A DNA stretch of 64,000 nt from Saprospiraceae bacterium (GCA_020436785.1 JAGQXC010000396.1:9752-73751), one strand, 5' to 3'. Positions 37,559 through 51,011 are shown, counted from the stretch's first letter. The notes: generated from the letters alone by a model not told the origin. Numbers and translations are program-made.

Positions 37559-40500
37559 ATGACGACGTTTGGCCTGGACAAATGGCTGTTGGCTATTGGT
37601 GCAGGAGTCCTTCTGATTGGCTCCTGGTCTTCATGTTCCTCTTTCCATATACAGGAGAGTAACCTGTATGGCGAATATCAATCGGAGGTTGAAAAGGTCA
37701 ACCATCGCATGATCGGCCAATTGGATGAATGCATCGATTCAAGCGGCAGCAGCAGTTGCGAACTGTCCAGCTACCTCCCCTACCAACAATTTTACATCCA
37801 TCACCAGGGGGAATGGACCTTTTGGCTTGGCGATAAGATTCCCGTATTCGATTTGGATCGCATGCTTCAAATGCCGATACGGGAAGGGATCATCGCGTTA
37901 GGTAGCAAGCACTTCCTATTTCACAAGAAAAAAAGGGACGAAGAAACTACAGCCATCAGTCTGGCTGCCCTGGAGGACATCGCGACCTATCAGTTCCAGG
38001 TGGAGGATATGCTGCAAGTCAATTGGCCACCGGAAAAAGACTGGATAGAGCTGGACTTGCAACATCTACCGGTTGCCATCAATATTGAAAGACAATTACA
38101 AAATCAGAACACCATGCTGGTGTTTCTGGCAGTGACCTTATGGATTATTCTATTTCTCGGTCTGTACATCTTATTGAGCAGGCATTCCAGTTGGAGCGAC
38201 TGGAAGTCTTATTTATCCTGGGGTATTGGTAACCTGATTCTAATCCTGGCGATTCCTTTCGGCATTTTGCCCTTGTTCACCGATCAGGTTATCCAAACGC
38301 ATCTGGCTACCTATACGTTGCTTGGCTTGTTGTTACTCGGAATCGTATTTTACTTCCACCGGCAAAGCGGTCAAATTTTTAATTTTCTTCGCAAACGAAA
38401 GGTCGGAGACTTCCCATTTACAGCCGTCACTTACATTGTCATTATTTCCGGATTTTTAGGGCTGGCCCGTATTGCACAGAGTTTTGTCCTGGATCTTCAT
38501 ATCCCTCTGGAGCTGGATAACTTCTTTGCGAGTCAGATCAACAGCCTGGTGGCATTGATCGCTTTGATCATCCTGAGCATCGCTCTGTTTGTATTACACC
38601 ACCGGTTATTGACGGAGATCATTGAGCGGGATGTGGATCACAAAGTTCGGTTGATCAGTTATTTGATTGCCTCATTTTTCTCATTGGGCATGTATTGGCT
38701 GCTTTCCATTGCATTCTCATGGACCTTCTTTTTCTTATTTGCAGCCATCTACATCATTCTGTTTGAGCTATTTTTGGAGACGGTCAGACCATCCATCACC
38801 TGGCTGATTACCTGGCTTATCCTGTTCTCCGGATTTACTGCCATCATCTTATTTAAATTTAATTGGCTTGAAGACCTTAATCAACGGACTAAATTAGGTT
38901 ATGAGGTCCTCACCAATCCCCCGGTAAATGTCGAAGATTACAGTGTCGCCCGCTACATTAACGGAGAGCTTGAGAAATCCAATGCTTCCGACATTTATCC
39001 TTCCAAATTACCCTTTAAACTTCCGTCGGAAGAAGGTGTCAAGGAAATCATACAGGATGGCAGGTCGGAATTGTTGGTTTGGATGGATACGCATACGGTA
39101 GCCATCATTGGGAAGCCCCTGATGGGAATGATCAAACCGATTTCTGCCTTTTCTTATGTTTTCATTCTGTTTCTGCTTTGTTTTATCCTCCTTGTCCTTT
39201 CCAATACCTATGGAAGATTTATTCCCACTTCCCTGCAAATCGATCTGAGTAACAGTCAATCATTGCGCAACCGCATCCAATTGTCGGTTATTGCCGTGAT
39301 CATGGCGTCTTTCCTGATCATTGCTGTCATCACCGTTTTCTACTTTAAGAACTCCGCCGAAGCCACCCAATACAGTCAGCTCCGATCAAAACTCAGTGCT
39401 GCCATTCAATCGATCGAAGCCACATTGACCACGCCAATCAATGACGAGACCAATCTGAACCGTATTGTGGTTCAGTTGAAGGATTTTGCTTCAATCAATA
39501 AAACCAATCTTGAACTTTTTGATGTAAAAGGTCATCGTATTCACTCCTTTTCCGGAAATAGTTCCAATGCGCAAATCTATAATGAGTGGATACCCTACAA
39601 CATCTTTCATCAATTCGCAGCTTCCCGCAACCAGAATTACCTGGATATTCAATCGGATTATGGGACTACCTTCTTTGCGCCCATCCACATTGGTCTGATT
39701 TTAGCCGGCTTCATCAGTATACCCGACCTGGACAGCAGCCGGCTCCTGCAACAAAATGTCAATGATTTTATCGGTACGCTGCTCAATGTCTATATATTTC
39801 TCCTCTTACTGGCCGGGTCGGTGGCGATCGCGGTTGCCAATTCGATCACTCGGCCGCTGTTTGCCCTGGGTGAGAATCTAAAACAAATTAAACTGGGGCA
39901 GCCCAATAAAAAACTCCACTGGGACAACATGGATGAAGTGGGCGAACTGATCAATAACTACAATGAAATGATTCAAAAGCTGGAGGACAGCGCCCAGTTC
40001 CTTGCTCATACCGAACGGGAGATGGCCTGGAGGGAAATGGCCAAACAGGTTGCTCATGAAATTAAAAACCCGCTTACTCCCATGAAGCTGAGTATCCAGC
40101 ATATGCAGATGGCCATCCGGTCACGTCCGGAGGAGATTCAGCAGGTGGTGGACCGGGTGTCCCATACCCTGGTGGAACAAATTGACAATCTTTCCCAAAT
40201 CGCCTCCGAATTTTCCAATTTTGCGAAAATGCCCCAACCGGAGAATGAGAAAGTCATCCTGAATGAAATCGTAGCCAATGTACATGATCTGTTTCGCAAA
40301 CGCGAAGACATGGACATCAGTCTTTATGTCCCGATGGATGAAATATATGTCTTTGCCGACAAAAACCACCTTCTCCGGGTCCTGAACAATTTGGTCAAAA
40401 ATGCAACCCAATCCATCCCAAAGTCACGGCGTGGCAAGATTATGATCCGCCTGTATAAGGAGGGTGATCATGCCCGGATTGAGGTGGAAGACAATGGGAT

Positions 40501-40723
40501 CGGTATCCCGGAAAACATGAAGGATAAAGTATTCTACCCAAACTTCACTACTAAGAGCTCGGGGACCGGTCTCGGATTGGCAATTTCGTACAACATCATT
40601 GAATCATTCAATGGCAAGATTTATTTCCGCACGGAGTTAAATAAAGGGAGTACATTCATCATCGACCTGCCACTAATGCATATGAAAGATAATTTCATGA
40701 TCACCGAACGGGTGACCCTTTAA
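37559..40723 (+). CDS. Large multi-pass membrane sensor histidine kinase (NtrY-like HAMP-HisKA-HATPase C-terminus)
   Basis: 1054-aa ORF. Many predicted TM helices between about residues 190-450 and 530-760. H-box AHEIKNPLTPM, N-box LNNLVKNATQS, G1 VEDNGIGIP, G2 GTGLGLAIS. Confidence 0.88.
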   Translation: MTTFGLDKWLLAIGAGVLLIGSWSSCSSFHIQESNLYGEYQSEVEKVNHRMIGQLDECIDSSGSSSCELSSYLPYQQFYIHHQGEWTFWLGDKIPVFDLDRMLQMPIREGIIALGSKHFLFHKKKRDEETTAISLAALEDIATYQFQVEDMLQVNWPPEKDWIELDLQHLPVAINIERQLQNQNTMLVFLAVTLWIILFLGLYILLSRHSSWSDWKSYLSWGIGNLILILAIPFGILPLFTDQVIQTHLATYTLLGLLLLGIVFYFHRQSGQIFNFLRKRKVGDFPFTAVTYIVIISGFLGLARIAQSFVLDLHIPLELDNFFASQINSLVALIALIILSIALFVLHHRLLTEIIERDVDHKVRLISYLIASFFSLGMYWLLSIAFSWTFFFLFAAIYIILFELFLETVRPSITWLITWLILFSGFTAIILFKFNWLEDLNQRTKLGYEVLTNPPVNVEDYSVARYINGELEKSNASDIYPSKLPFKLPSEEGVKEIIQDGRSELLVWMDTHTVAIIGKPLMGMIKPISAFSYVFILFLLCFILLVLSNTYGRFIPTSLQIDLSNSQSLRNRIQLSVIAVIMASFLIIAVITVFYFKNSAEATQYSQLRSKLSAAIQSIEATLTTPINDETNLNRIVVQLKDFASINKTNLELFDVKGHRIHSFSGNSSNAQIYNEWIPYNIFHQFAASRNQNYLDIQSDYGTTFFAPIHIGLILAGFISIPDLDSSRLLQQNVNDFIGTLLNVYIFLLLLAGSVAIAVANSITRPLFALGENLKQIKLGQPNKKLHWDNMDEVGELINNYNEMIQKLEDSAQFLAHTEREMAWREMAKQVAHEIKNPLTPMKLSIQHMQMAIRSRPEEIQQVVDRVSHTLVEQIDNLSQIASEFSNFAKMPQPENEKVILNEIVANVHDLFRKREDMDISLYVPMDEIYVFADKNHLLRVLNNLVKNATQSIPKSRRGKIMIRLYKEGDHARIEVEDNGIGIPENMKDKVFYPNFTTKSSGTGLGLAISYNIIESFNGKIYFRTELNKGSTFIIDLPLMHMKDNFMITERVTL

Positions 40724-40747
40724 TCAAAACCGCTATCAAAATAAAAA

Positions 40748-40768
40748 AGCCCGTGACGAGCACGGGCT
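40748..40768. terminator. Bidirectional hairpin terminator between the histidine kinase (+) and sucD (-)
   Basis: 8-bp stem AGCCCGTG/CACGGGCT with a 5-nt loop. Flanked by an A-run upstream and T-rich sequence downstream. Confidence 0.6.
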
Positions 40769-40806
40769 TGGTTTGGTTTCGTTTTGCCAAAAGGTTTAGG
40801 GTGCAT

Positions 40807-41676
40807 TTAATTTAACAAGTCGTACATCGTTTGGCCGATTTCTGCCGGAGACTGGACAACATGGATACCGCACTCTGCCATAATTTTCATTTTTGCTGCT
40901 GCAGTATCGTCTTTTCCGCCAATGATTGCACCGGCATGTCCCATTTTCCGGCCTTTGGGAGCGGTCTGGCCGGCAATAAAGCCAACAACAGGTTTGGTAC
41001 CTTTTTCTTTGATGTAATGCGCTGCTTCGGCTTCCATGCCGCCGCCGATCTCGCCAATCATGATGATGCCGGTGGTTTCCGGATCATTCATTAGCAATTC
41101 GACCGCTTCTTTGGTGGTTGTGCCCACGATGGGATCTCCCCCAATGCCGATGCACGTGGATTGCCCCATCCCGGTTTTTGTAACCTGATCGACGGCTTCA
41201 TAAGTCAACGTCCCTGACCTGGATACGATACCGACGTGACCTTTCTTGTGGATAAATCCCGGCATGATGCCCACCTTGGCTTCTCCGGGCGTGATAATGC
41301 CCGGGCAATTCGGCCCGATCAGGCGGCATTCCCGGTTATTCAGATAGGCTTTCACTTTAACCATATCCTGAACCGGAATCCCTTCCGTGATGCACACGAT
41401 GACTTTGATTCCGGCCTCGGCAGCTTCCATGATTGCATCCGCAGCAAATGCCGGAGGAACAAAGATTACAGAAGTATCAGCCCCTGCCTGTTGAACCGCT
41501 TCCGCCACTGTATTAAATACCGGCCTGTCCAGATGTATGGTCCCTCCTTTACCAGGCGTCACACCACCAACCACAGGCGTCCCATATTCGATCATCTGGC
41601 CGGCATGAAAGGTACCTTCCTTGCCGGTGAATCCTTGTACGATTATCTTTGAATTCTTATTAACCAATACACTCAT
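40807..41676 (-). CDS. sucD: Succinate--CoA ligase subunit alpha
   Basis: 289-aa ORF. Starts [24 protein letters not shown] and contains GHAGAII (phosphohistidine loop). Confidence 0.95.
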   Translation of the reverse strand: MSVLVNKNSKIIVQGFTGKEGTFHAGQMIEYGTPVVGGVTPGKGGTIHLDRPVFNTVAEAVQQAGADTSVIFVPPAFAADAIMEAAEAGIKVIVCITEGIPVQDMVKVKAYLNNRECRLIGPNCPGIITPGEAKVGIMPGFIHKKGHVGIVSRSGTLTYEAVDQVTKTGMGQSTCIGIGGDPIVGTTTKEAVELLMNDPETTGIIMIGEIGGGMEAEAAHYIKEKGTKPVVGFIAGQTAPKGRKMGHAGAIIGGKDDTAAAKMKIMAECGIHVVQSPAEIGQTMYDLLN

Positions 41677-42017
41677 TGGGTTCTCGTTTTCTCCTTTTTT
41701 TTATCGTCTTTCATGATAAATACTTCCTCACCTTTCTGGTGGAGGTAATATTTTTCACGGGCGAACTTTTCTTTATTTCGCTCCAGGTCGTAAATATCAC
41801 CTTTTACTTCGTTAATCTTTTTACCATAATCTTCCTTCTCCTCGTTGAGGTTGTAAATGGTATCAGATAGCATCCACTGGCGGCTGATCCGGTTCTGGTC
41901 GAAAAAGACCATCCACAGGAGAAATGCCAAAAATGTTAAGGTGTATTTATTCAACATGATCCGGCGCCATTGCAGACCGGTCCCGGGTTGCTGTCCCGGC
42001 TTATTGCTAGCCTTCAT
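41673..42017 (-). CDS. Septum formation initiator (FtsB/DivIC) family protein
   Basis: Small ORF with a single TM ([13 protein letters not shown]) followed by a coiled coil. The start may be the internal Met (MLNKYT...). Its stop overlaps the sucD ATG (ATGA). Confidence 0.65.
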   Translation of the reverse strand: MKASNKPGQQPGTGLQWRRIMLNKYTLTFLAFLLWMVFFDQNRISRQWMLSDTIYNLNEEKEDYGKKINEVKGDIYDLERNKEKFAREKYYLHQKGEEVFIMKDDKKKEKTRTQ

Positions 42018-42134
42018 AAATTGAGCCTTTAGTCGCCTGTAAGATACGATTAAATTACGATGCGACTTTTAAAAAAGCCCCAATTTAGGCTTGCGATTAA
42101 TCCCGCTAAGGTGATAAGCCTTAAATGCCGTATT

Positions 42135-44542
<2,408 letters not shown>

Positions 44543-44566
44543 TTATCTACTTTTTCTGATTTTCCG

Positions 44567-44574
44567 CAAATATA
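44567..44574 (-). promoter_or_regulatory. Candidate -7 box (TATATTTG on the minus strand) for carA-eno
   Basis: The reverse complement is TATATTTG, 25 nt upstream of the carA ATG. It lies just downstream of the rplQ terminator. Confidence 0.4.
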
Positions 44575-44606
44575 CCGATTGGAAGTTCGGTGATGGCAGG
44601 AATACT

Positions 44607-44642
44607 AAAAAAAATCCCTAACCGGTGACCGATTAGGGATTT
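44607..44642 (-). terminator. Rho-independent terminator ending the alpha (rpoA-rplQ) operon
   Basis: Minus-strand hairpin AAATCCCTAA/TTAGGGATTT (10 bp) followed by a T-run (A-run 44607-44614 on the plus strand). Confidence 0.7.
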
Positions 44643-44664
44643 ATGGCAACAGCTTAATAGCATG

Positions 44665-45141
44665 TTATTCTTCTTCTTGTTTCGATGAAGCTGGGGCTGT
44701 TGGTGCAGCGGATTTGGTCTTGCTACCCCGGCGAGTACGTTTCTTTCCGGATTTAGCCGGAGAAGCACTTTTGGTGAGCACTTCATTAAAGTCCACCAAT
44801 TCAATCATGGCCGTCTCTGCTCCATCTCCCAGACGGAACCCGGTACGAATAACACGGGTATATCCTCCTGGCCGACTGGCCACTTTTTCGGCGACTGTAC
44901 TGAAAAGTTCGGATACCGCTTCTTTACTTTTCAGGTAACTAAATACGACCCTTCTGGAGTGCGTTGTATTGTCTTTACTCTTGGTAACCAGGGGCTCGAC
45001 ATACTGACGTAGCGCTTTAGCTTTGGCCAGCGTGGTACTGATCCGCTTGTGTTTGATCAACTCATTGGCCAGGTTGCTCAATAATGCATCGCGATGACCT
45101 TTTTTTCTGCCGAGATGATTTTGTTTGTTCCCGTGTCTCAT
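44665..45141 (-). CDS. rplQ: 50S ribosomal protein L17 (bL17) with a basic/Ala-Pro-rich C-terminal extension
   Basis: Starts [21 protein letters not shown]. Follows rpoA. Confidence 0.95.
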   Translation of the reverse strand: MRHGNKQNHLGRKKGHRDALLSNLANELIKHKRISTTLAKAKALRQYVEPLVTKSKDNTTHSRRVVFSYLKSKEAVSELFSTVAEKVASRPGGYTRVIRTGFRLGDGAETAMIELVDFNEVLTKSASPAKSGKKRTRRGSKTKSAAPTAPASSKQEEE

Positions 45142-45255
45142 GCTTGAATGATTTTATGAACTTCGCAACACGTGGATGAAGATTTCTGCATTTTCATCCT
45201 GCCGTAATTTGCATGATTATTAATCCGGACAGTAACCGTATTTAATGCAGCGTGG

Positions 45256-46254
45256 TTATTCTTCGTCCAGTTTATACTTTGACAAATCCATGCCAAAGGT
45301 CAGATTCTTGGTTTGAAGCAATTCTTCAATTTCGACGAGTGATTTTTTCCCGAAATTGCGGAATTTCAACAGTTCGTGGGTGTCGTACTTAACCAATTCA
45401 CCCAATGTGTTGATCTTGGCTGCCTTGAGGCAGTTGTAAGCACGTACGGACAAATCAAGGTCCTCCAGGGAGGTCTTCAGCAACTTCCGCATGTGCAGAA
45501 TGTGTTCATCCACAATCTGGTCTTCACGGCGGGAGTCATCATCGAACGTGATGTTTTCGTCTGTGATCAACATCAGATGCTGGATGAGGATCCTTGAAGC
45601 CTGCTTAACGGCATCTTCCGGATGGATGGTCCCGTCTGTGGTCACCTCGATCGTCAGCTTTTCGTAGTCGGTCCGTTGACCGACCCGGGTGTTGGACACA
45701 GCGTACGAAACGTTTTTAATCGGGGTATAAATGGCATCCAAAGGAATAACACCGATTGGAGCTTCCTTATTCAGGTTTTCGTCTGCGGGCACATAACCTC
45801 TGCCTTTGGTCACGGTCAACTCCATTTCGATGTTGACAAAGTTCTCCATATGGCAGATGACCAATTCCGGATTCATGATTTTAAAGACATTAGTAAACGA
45901 CTCAATGTCTCCGGCGGTAAAAATATCTTTTCCGCTGATGGTCAGGTAGATGGTCTCTTCTTTTACACTATCGTCATTCAACACGTTCTTCAACCGGACC
46001 TGCTTGAGGTTAAGGATGATATCGACCACATCTTCGACCACACCACGAATGGTGGCAAATTCGTGATCTACCCCTCCGATGCGGACAGCAGATATCGCAA
46101 AACCTTCCAGGGAAGAAAGCAATACGCGACGCAGGCTGTTGCCGATGGTTTGGCCAAACCCAGGCTCCAGTGGTTTGAATTCGAAGACCCCTTCAAATTC
46201 CGTTGCCTTCTGAAGGATGATTTTATCAGGTTTCTGAAAATTAAGAATATTCAT
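45256..46254 (-). CDS. rpoA: DNA-directed RNA polymerase subunit alpha
   Basis: 332-aa ORF. N-terminal assembly domain and a C-terminal alpha-CTD ([22 protein letters not shown]). Confidence 0.97.
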   Translation of the reverse strand: MNILNFQKPDKIILQKATEFEGVFEFKPLEPGFGQTIGNSLRRVLLSSLEGFAISAVRIGGVDHEFATIRGVVEDVVDIILNLKQVRLKNVLNDDSVKEETIYLTISGKDIFTAGDIESFTNVFKIMNPELVICHMENFVNIEMELTVTKGRGYVPADENLNKEAPIGVIPLDAIYTPIKNVSYAVSNTRVGQRTDYEKLTIEVTTDGTIHPEDAVKQASRILIQHLMLITDENITFDDDSRREDQIVDEHILHMRKLLKTSLEDLDLSVRAYNCLKAAKINTLGELVKYDTHELLKFRNFGKKSLVEIEELLQTKNLTFGMDLSKYKLDEE

Positions 46255-46306
46255 TTGCTAGCAAACTTAGGATTGTTCAATATGAAGATAACCAGCCAGG
46301 TTTTGC

Positions 46307-46918
46307 TTACTTGGAATACAATTCCACAATCAATTGTTCATTGATCTTCTCCGGAATGTTTTCACGCTCGGGATAGGCCAGGAATTTTCCTTCCATCTTT
46401 TCCGGGTTGAATTCCAGCCATCCGAACTTGCGGATATCCGATTTAGCGTGGATTGCATTGTGCACCGCTTCCAAGTGTTGCGATTTTCCGCGCACCTGGA
46501 TGACATCACCTGGCTTCAGTTGAAAGGAGGGGATGTTCGTAACGACCCCATTGACCACAATATGTTTGTGAGACACCAGTTGACGGGCACCCCGGCGGGT
46601 AGGAGCTATGCCAAGACGAAACACGGTGTTATCCAACCTGGCTTCCAGGAACTGGAGCAAAATTTCGCCCGTTACTCCTTTTTTCCGGTTGGCATGATCG
46701 AACAGATTGCGGAATTGACGTTCAAGAACACCATACGTATACTTGGCCTTCTGTTTTTCCATCAACTGCAAGGCATAGTCTGACTTGGTCTTTCTTTTGC
46801 GGGTCAACCCGTGCTGGCCGGCAGGATACTTCCGTTTTTCGTACGAATTATCCGGTCCGAAAATGGGTTCACCTAACGTTCTGGCTTTTTTAGTTCTGGG
46901 TCCAGTATAACGCGCCAT
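46307..46918 (-). CDS. rpsD: 30S ribosomal protein S4 (uS4)
   Basis: Starts [16 protein letters not shown]. Operon position. Confidence 0.96.
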   Translation of the reverse strand: MARYTGPRTKKARTLGEPIFGPDNSYEKRKYPAGQHGLTRKRKTKSDYALQLMEKQKAKYTYGVLERQFRNLFDHANRKKGVTGEILLQFLEARLDNTVFRLGIAPTRRGARQLVSHKHIVVNGVVTNIPSFQLKPGDVIQVRGKSQHLEAVHNAIHAKSDIRKFGWLEFNPEKMEGKFLAYPERENIPEKINEQLIVELYSK

Positions 46919-46944
46919 AGTCTTTAAATTCTACAAGGATTTAA

Positions 46945-47331
46945 TTAAACTCTTCTTTTCTTCGGCGGACGGCATCCATTGTGGGGAATGGGTGTGGTGT
47001 CCAAAATCTTGTTAACCCGGATACCTACGCCATCGATGGCGCGAATCGCCGCTTCCCGACCGGAGCCTGGTCCTTTTACGAACACCTCCGCATTGCGCAT
47101 ACCAGCTTCATAGGCTGTCTGTGCTGCCGATGTGGCGGCGATCTGAGCCGCATAAGGCGTATTCTTTTTAGATCCGCGGAATCCTGCTTTACCGGCAGAA
47201 GCCCAGGAGATCACCTGACCTTGCCGGTTGGTCAGTGTCACAATGAGGTTATTAAAGCTTGCCTGGATGTATGCATATCCGTCGTGATCGACATGCACTT
47301 TCCTTTTCTTAACCTTTTTAGTTTTAGCCAT
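46945..47331 (-). CDS. rpsK: 30S ribosomal protein S11 (uS11)
   Basis: Contains [18 protein letters not shown] and [10 protein letters not shown]. Confidence 0.96.
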   Translation of the reverse strand: MAKTKKVKKRKVHVDHDGYAYIQASFNNLIVTLTNRQGQVISWASAGKAGFRGSKKNTPYAAQIAATSAAQTAYEAGMRNAEVFVKGPGSGREAAIRAIDGVGIRVNKILDTTPIPHNGCRPPKKRRV

Positions 47332-47361
47332 ACGTGTTGGATTAACAGACTACGAACATGA

Positions 47362-47739
47362 TTATTTAGTGGCCTTCTTCTTATTGGCGACCGTTTTCCT
47401 TCTTCCTTTACGGGTACGTGCATTGGTCTTGGTGCGTTGTCCGCGCACTGGCAAACCCTTCCGGTGACGCAAACCACGGTAACAGGCAATATCCATCAAT
47501 CGCTTGATGTTCATTTGAACTTCTGAACGCAATTCACCTTCGACCTTCAGCTCCTCCTGAATGATCCGCGAAATGGCACGAACGTGCTCATCGGACCATG
47601 CCTCCACTTTGGTTTCGTGACTGATATTGGCTTTGTCAAGGATTTTACCGGCTGTTGATTTACCAATGCCGAAAATGTACGTCAATCCGATGACGCCGCG
47701 TTTGTGTCTGGGAAGGTCAATACCTGCAATACGAGCCAT
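47362..47739 (-). CDS. rpsM: 30S ribosomal protein S13 (uS13)
   Basis: Starts [14 protein letters not shown]. Confidence 0.96.
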   Translation of the reverse strand: MARIAGIDLPRHKRGVIGLTYIFGIGKSTAGKILDKANISHETKVEAWSDEHVRAISRIIQEELKVEGELRSEVQMNIKRLMDIACYRGLRHRKGLPVRGQRTKTNARTRKGRRKTVANKKKATK

Positions 47740-47767
47740 ACGTAAGTTTGTTTAACGCTTTTGTGAA

Positions 47768-47884
47768 TTAACCCTGACGCTGTTTCAGCTTAGGATTCTT
47801 TTTATTAATGATGTAAACCCGTCCTTTACGGCGTACGATCTTACAGTCAGCCGTACGTTTTTTAACGGAAGCTCGAACTTTCAT
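47768..47884 (-). CDS. rpmJ: 50S ribosomal protein L36 (bL36)
   Basis: Not in the ORF track because it is under 60 aa. My translation is [38 protein letters not shown]. It lies between infA and rpsM as expected. Confidence 0.9.
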   Translation of the reverse strand: MKVRASVKKRTADCKIVRRKGRVYIINKKNPKLKQRQG

Positions 47885-47889
47885 ATTCG

Positions 47890-48111
47890 TTAAGATTTAT
47901 ACCTGAATATAATCCGACCGCGACTCAGGTCATAGGGAGACATTTCCACAGATACCTTATCGCCCGGTAGGATCCGGATGTAATTCATTCGCATTTTGCC
48001 CGAGATGGTCGCAATGATCTGGTGACCATTCTCCAAACGAACGCGAAACATCGCATTGGAGAGGGCCTCTTCGATCACACCGTCCTGTTTTATTAAGTTT
48101 TTCTTCGCCAC
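47890..48111 (-). CDS. infA: Translation initiation factor IF-1
   Basis: Contains ...[40 protein letters not shown] favour the GTG start at 48111 (MAKKN...) over the upstream TTG at 48120 used in the ORF track. Confidence 0.9.
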   Translation of the reverse strand: MAKKNLIKQDGVIEEALSNAMFRVRLENGHQIIATISGKMRMNYIRILPGDKVSVEMSPYDLSRGRIIFRYKS

Positions 48112-48138
48112 CTGGTTCAAAATTCGGAGTGCAAATAT

Positions 48139-48948
48139 CTAATTTTTATTTGAAATTTCCTTAAGTTCTGCGTTATTTTTAATTGCCGCTTCAATTCGCA
48201 GATGATCGGAAAGGATATCCGCCCCCTCATCCCGAATGGCAATCGTATGTTCATAATGTGCGGATGGCGCATGATCGCGGGCATAGATGGTCCATCCATC
48301 TTCTGCCTGGGCCACACGCTTATCCCCCAAATTGACCATCGGCTCAATGGCAATCACCAGGCCAGATTTCAATTTCAGGCCTTTGCCCCGCTTGCCGAAA
48401 TTAGGAACATCCGGGGCTTCGTGAAGATTCTTACCCACCCCGTGACCAACTAATTCTCGGACGACCCCATAATGATGGTCAACTTCGCAATAGTTTTGTA
48501 CTGCAAAACTGATGTCTCCGATCCGTTGGCCTACCCGAGCTTGTTCGATCGCCAGGTAGAGTGAACGTTTGGTCACCCTCAGAAGTTCCATGGTCTTCTC
48601 AGGTACATTTCCAATGGCAAACGTATAAGCTGCGTCACCATAATATCCATTCATAAGCACCCCACAATCGACGGAAACGACATCGCCATCCTTAAATGAC
48701 TGTCCGTTCGGGATACCATGAACAACCTGTTCGTTGCGTGAGATGCATAAGGTTGCCGGAAACCCACGATAGCCTTTGAAACCGGGCACTGCTCCATGAT
48801 CGCGGATAACCTGTTCGGCGGCCGTATCGATCTGTTGGCCAGACACTCCCGGCCCAATCATGGCCGCCACAGCAGTGAGTGCATCACAGACCAGCAGGCA
48901 GCTTTGGCGAATGAGTTCTATTTCTTCATCTGTCTTGTACGTAATCAT
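48139..48948 (-). CDS. map: Type I methionine aminopeptidase
   Basis: 269-aa ORF. Metal-ligand regions VSVDCG, GDAAYTF, GHGVG and IAIEP. Confidence 0.95.
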   Translation of the reverse strand: MITYKTDEEIELIRQSCLLVCDALTAVAAMIGPGVSGQQIDTAAEQVIRDHGAVPGFKGYRGFPATLCISRNEQVVHGIPNGQSFKDGDVVSVDCGVLMNGYYGDAAYTFAIGNVPEKTMELLRVTKRSLYLAIEQARVGQRIGDISFAVQNYCEVDHHYGVVRELVGHGVGKNLHEAPDVPNFGKRGKGLKLKSGLVIAIEPMVNLGDKRVAQAEDGWTIYARDHAPSAHYEHTIAIRDEGADILSDHLRIEAAIKNNAELKEISNKN

Positions 48949-48965
48949 AGGACGGTAAGGAAGCT

Positions 48966-50339
48966 TTACATGCTGGCGCCAATCTGCATTCCACTGCCAC
49001 TTCTTCCTTTAATCCGGCCGGACTTAACCAGCCCGTCGTACTTACGCATCAATAGATAGCTTTCAATCTGCTGCAGGGTATCCAATACCACCGCCACCAG
49101 GATCAACAGCGATGTCCCTCCGAAGTAGTGGGCGAAACGCTGACTCACTCCGAAAGCAAAGGCGATGGCCGGGATGATGGTGATGAATCCCAGGAATATC
49201 GATCCGGGCAGCGTTACCCTGGTTGTGATTTCATCAATAAAATCGGCGGTGTCTTTGCCAGGTTTAACACCCGGGATGAAAGCATTTTGTCGTTTGAGGT
49301 ATTCTGAGTATTGCTTTGGATTAACAATCAACGCGGTATAAACAAAGGTGAATACCACGACCAGCAAGAAGGCGAATAAGCTGGAGAGCAGTGAAAACGG
49401 GTTGGTCAGTTGTTGCATGAACCCACTGGCCATAATGGAAGAATCGTTATTGGAAAGCCAGCCTGCAATGGTTGCCGGCAAGAACATGATGGCCTGGGCA
49501 AAAATGATCGGCATAACACCTGCCGCATTCACCTTAAGCGGTATGTAATCCCGGTTGCCGCTAACCGGCATGTTAATGTTTCCACGACCAACCATGCGTT
49601 TAGCAAATTGGATGGGTATTTTGCGTACACCCTGAACGATCAGAATGGTTGCTACGATCACCAGGAAGAACAAGGCCAGTTCGAGGACAAACAACAAAGC
49701 TCCTCCTGCTTCAACCCGGCTGGAGAATTCAAATATTATAGCACTCGGTATGTTGGCAATAATCCCGATCATGATCAACATTGAAATACCATTACCGATA
49801 CCCCGGTCGGTGATTTTCTCACCCAACCACATGGCAAAGATGGTACCTGTTGACAGGATGACAATGCCACTAAACCAAAACAATCCGGGCGCGATATTGG
49901 GTGCTACAGCTCCCATATTCTTTACCAACGTCAGATAGCCTCCTCCCTGAACCAGGGTGATGGCCACGGTAAGTAAACGGGTAATCTGATTGAGCTTCTT
50001 CCGTCCGGATTCTCCTTCATGCTGTTGCAGCCTTTGAAAGTAGGGTACGGCAAAACCTAACAACTGCACGATGATGGAAGCGGTAATGTAGGGCATGATA
50101 CCCAATGCAAAAACGGAAGCGGATGAAAATGCGCCTCCGGTGAAGTTATTGATCAAGCCTAAGAGGTCTTTGCCCTGGGCCTGGCTAATGGCATTTTCCA
50201 TGGCCCCGGCGTTGACGCCAGGGATGACCACGTATTTACCAAACCGGTAAACCAGGATCAACCCCAAAGTATAGAGGATCCGTTTACGGAGTTCCTGTAT
50301 TTTCCAAATATTCTTAAGGGTCTCGATCAATTTTTTCAT
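48966..50339 (-). CDS. secY: Preprotein translocase subunit SecY
   Basis: 457-aa polytopic ORF at the end of the spc operon. Contains GIMPYITASII. Confidence 0.96.
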   Translation of the reverse strand: MKKLIETLKNIWKIQELRKRILYTLGLILVYRFGKYVVIPGVNAGAMENAISQAQGKDLLGLINNFTGGAFSSASVFALGIMPYITASIIVQLLGFAVPYFQRLQQHEGESGRKKLNQITRLLTVAITLVQGGGYLTLVKNMGAVAPNIAPGLFWFSGIVILSTGTIFAMWLGEKITDRGIGNGISMLIMIGIIANIPSAIIFEFSSRVEAGGALLFVLELALFFLVIVATILIVQGVRKIPIQFAKRMVGRGNINMPVSGNRDYIPLKVNAAGVMPIIFAQAIMFLPATIAGWLSNNDSSIMASGFMQQLTNPFSLLSSLFAFLLVVVFTFVYTALIVNPKQYSEYLKRQNAFIPGVKPGKDTADFIDEITTRVTLPGSIFLGFITIIPAIAFAFGVSQRFAHYFGGTSLLILVAVVLDTLQQIESYLLMRKYDGLVKSGRIKGRSGSGMQIGASM

Positions 50340-50348
50340 GTGATCCGA

Positions 50349-50795
50349 TTATAATGCTTGAACACTTCCGCCTTTGGCTTCAATAGCTGCTTTTGCTGCA
50401 GCAGAAAATGCGTGTGCTGACACGGTAAATGCCCTGGAGGGCTCACCATCGGCCAGAACTTTGATCAATTCGGTTTTCTTATAGACATTGTGTGCCTGAT
50501 AAAAAGCTTCATCAAATACGGTCACCCCAAATTTGTCGGCCCATTGATCCAATTGGCTGACGCTGATAGGTTTGTATTCGATGCGGTTGGGATTCTTGAA
50601 CCCACGCTTAGGCAGACGCATCTGGATGGGCATTTGTCCACCTTCAAAATGGCGTTTGCTTTTAAATCCCGATCGGGACTTAGCTCCTTTATGACCACGC
50701 GTTGCGGTGCCACCGTGTCCGGATCCGGGTCCACGGGCAATACGTTTCCGCTTTTTGATCGCGCCCTGACTCGGTTTAAGAGAATGCAAATTCAT
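50349..50795 (-). CDS. rplO: 50S ribosomal protein L15 (uL15)
   Basis: Starts MNLHSLKPSQGAIKKRKRIARGPGSGHGGTATRGHKG. Confidence 0.95.
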   Translation of the reverse strand: MNLHSLKPSQGAIKKRKRIARGPGSGHGGTATRGHKGAKSRSGFKSKRHFEGGQMPIQMRLPKRGFKNPNRIEYKPISVSQLDQWADKFGVTVFDEAFYQAHNVYKKTELIKVLADGEPSRAFTVSAHAFSAAAKAAIEAKGGSVQAL

Positions 50796-50818
50796 GTCTT
50801 CAATTTTTGCCGGCTTGA

Positions 50819-51001
50819 TTAAAGCTCTTCTACATTAACTAAATGCTTGACCCGATCTACCATGCCTTTGACCTGGGGAGTTGCTTCATGCTCAACCGTT
50901 TGGTGAAGCTTGCGCAATCCGAGGGCTTCAAGGGTTGCTTTTTGCCGTTTCGACCGGTCAATACCACTTTTCACTTGGGTGATGCGTAATTTTGCCATCA
51001 C
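50819..51001 (-). CDS. rpmD: 50S ribosomal protein L30 (uL30)
   Basis: 60-aa ORF, KLRITQVKSGIDRSKRQKATLEALGLRK. Confidence 0.93.
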   Translation of the reverse strand: MMAKLRITQVKSGIDRSKRQKATLEALGLRKLHQTVEHEATPQVKGMVDRVKHLVNVEEL

Positions 51002-51011
51002 TTCCTATTTA

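Noticed and set aside
42071-42092. Possible weak terminator after eno (minus-strand AAGCC/GGCTT stem followed by a T-run).
   Set aside because: The stem is only 5 bp with an 8-nt loop. The ftsB-like and sucD genes follow and are probably co-transcribed. The evidence is too weak to list as a feature.
45622-46344. 240-aa plus-strand ORF antisense to rpoA. Similar long antisense or out-of-frame ORFs occur at 61614-62291 (225 aa, in fusA), 18721-19398 (225 aa, in the EBP gene), 6426-7019 (in rel), 29707-30273 (in gldJ), 33322-33879 and 34749-35273 (in porU), 58945-59412 (in rplC) and 5350-5772 (in fur).
   Set aside because: Each lies wholly inside a gene whose product has clear family motifs on the other strand or frame. 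Their translations are low-complexity or lack motifs. These are mirror ORFs of the kind expected in long coding regions.
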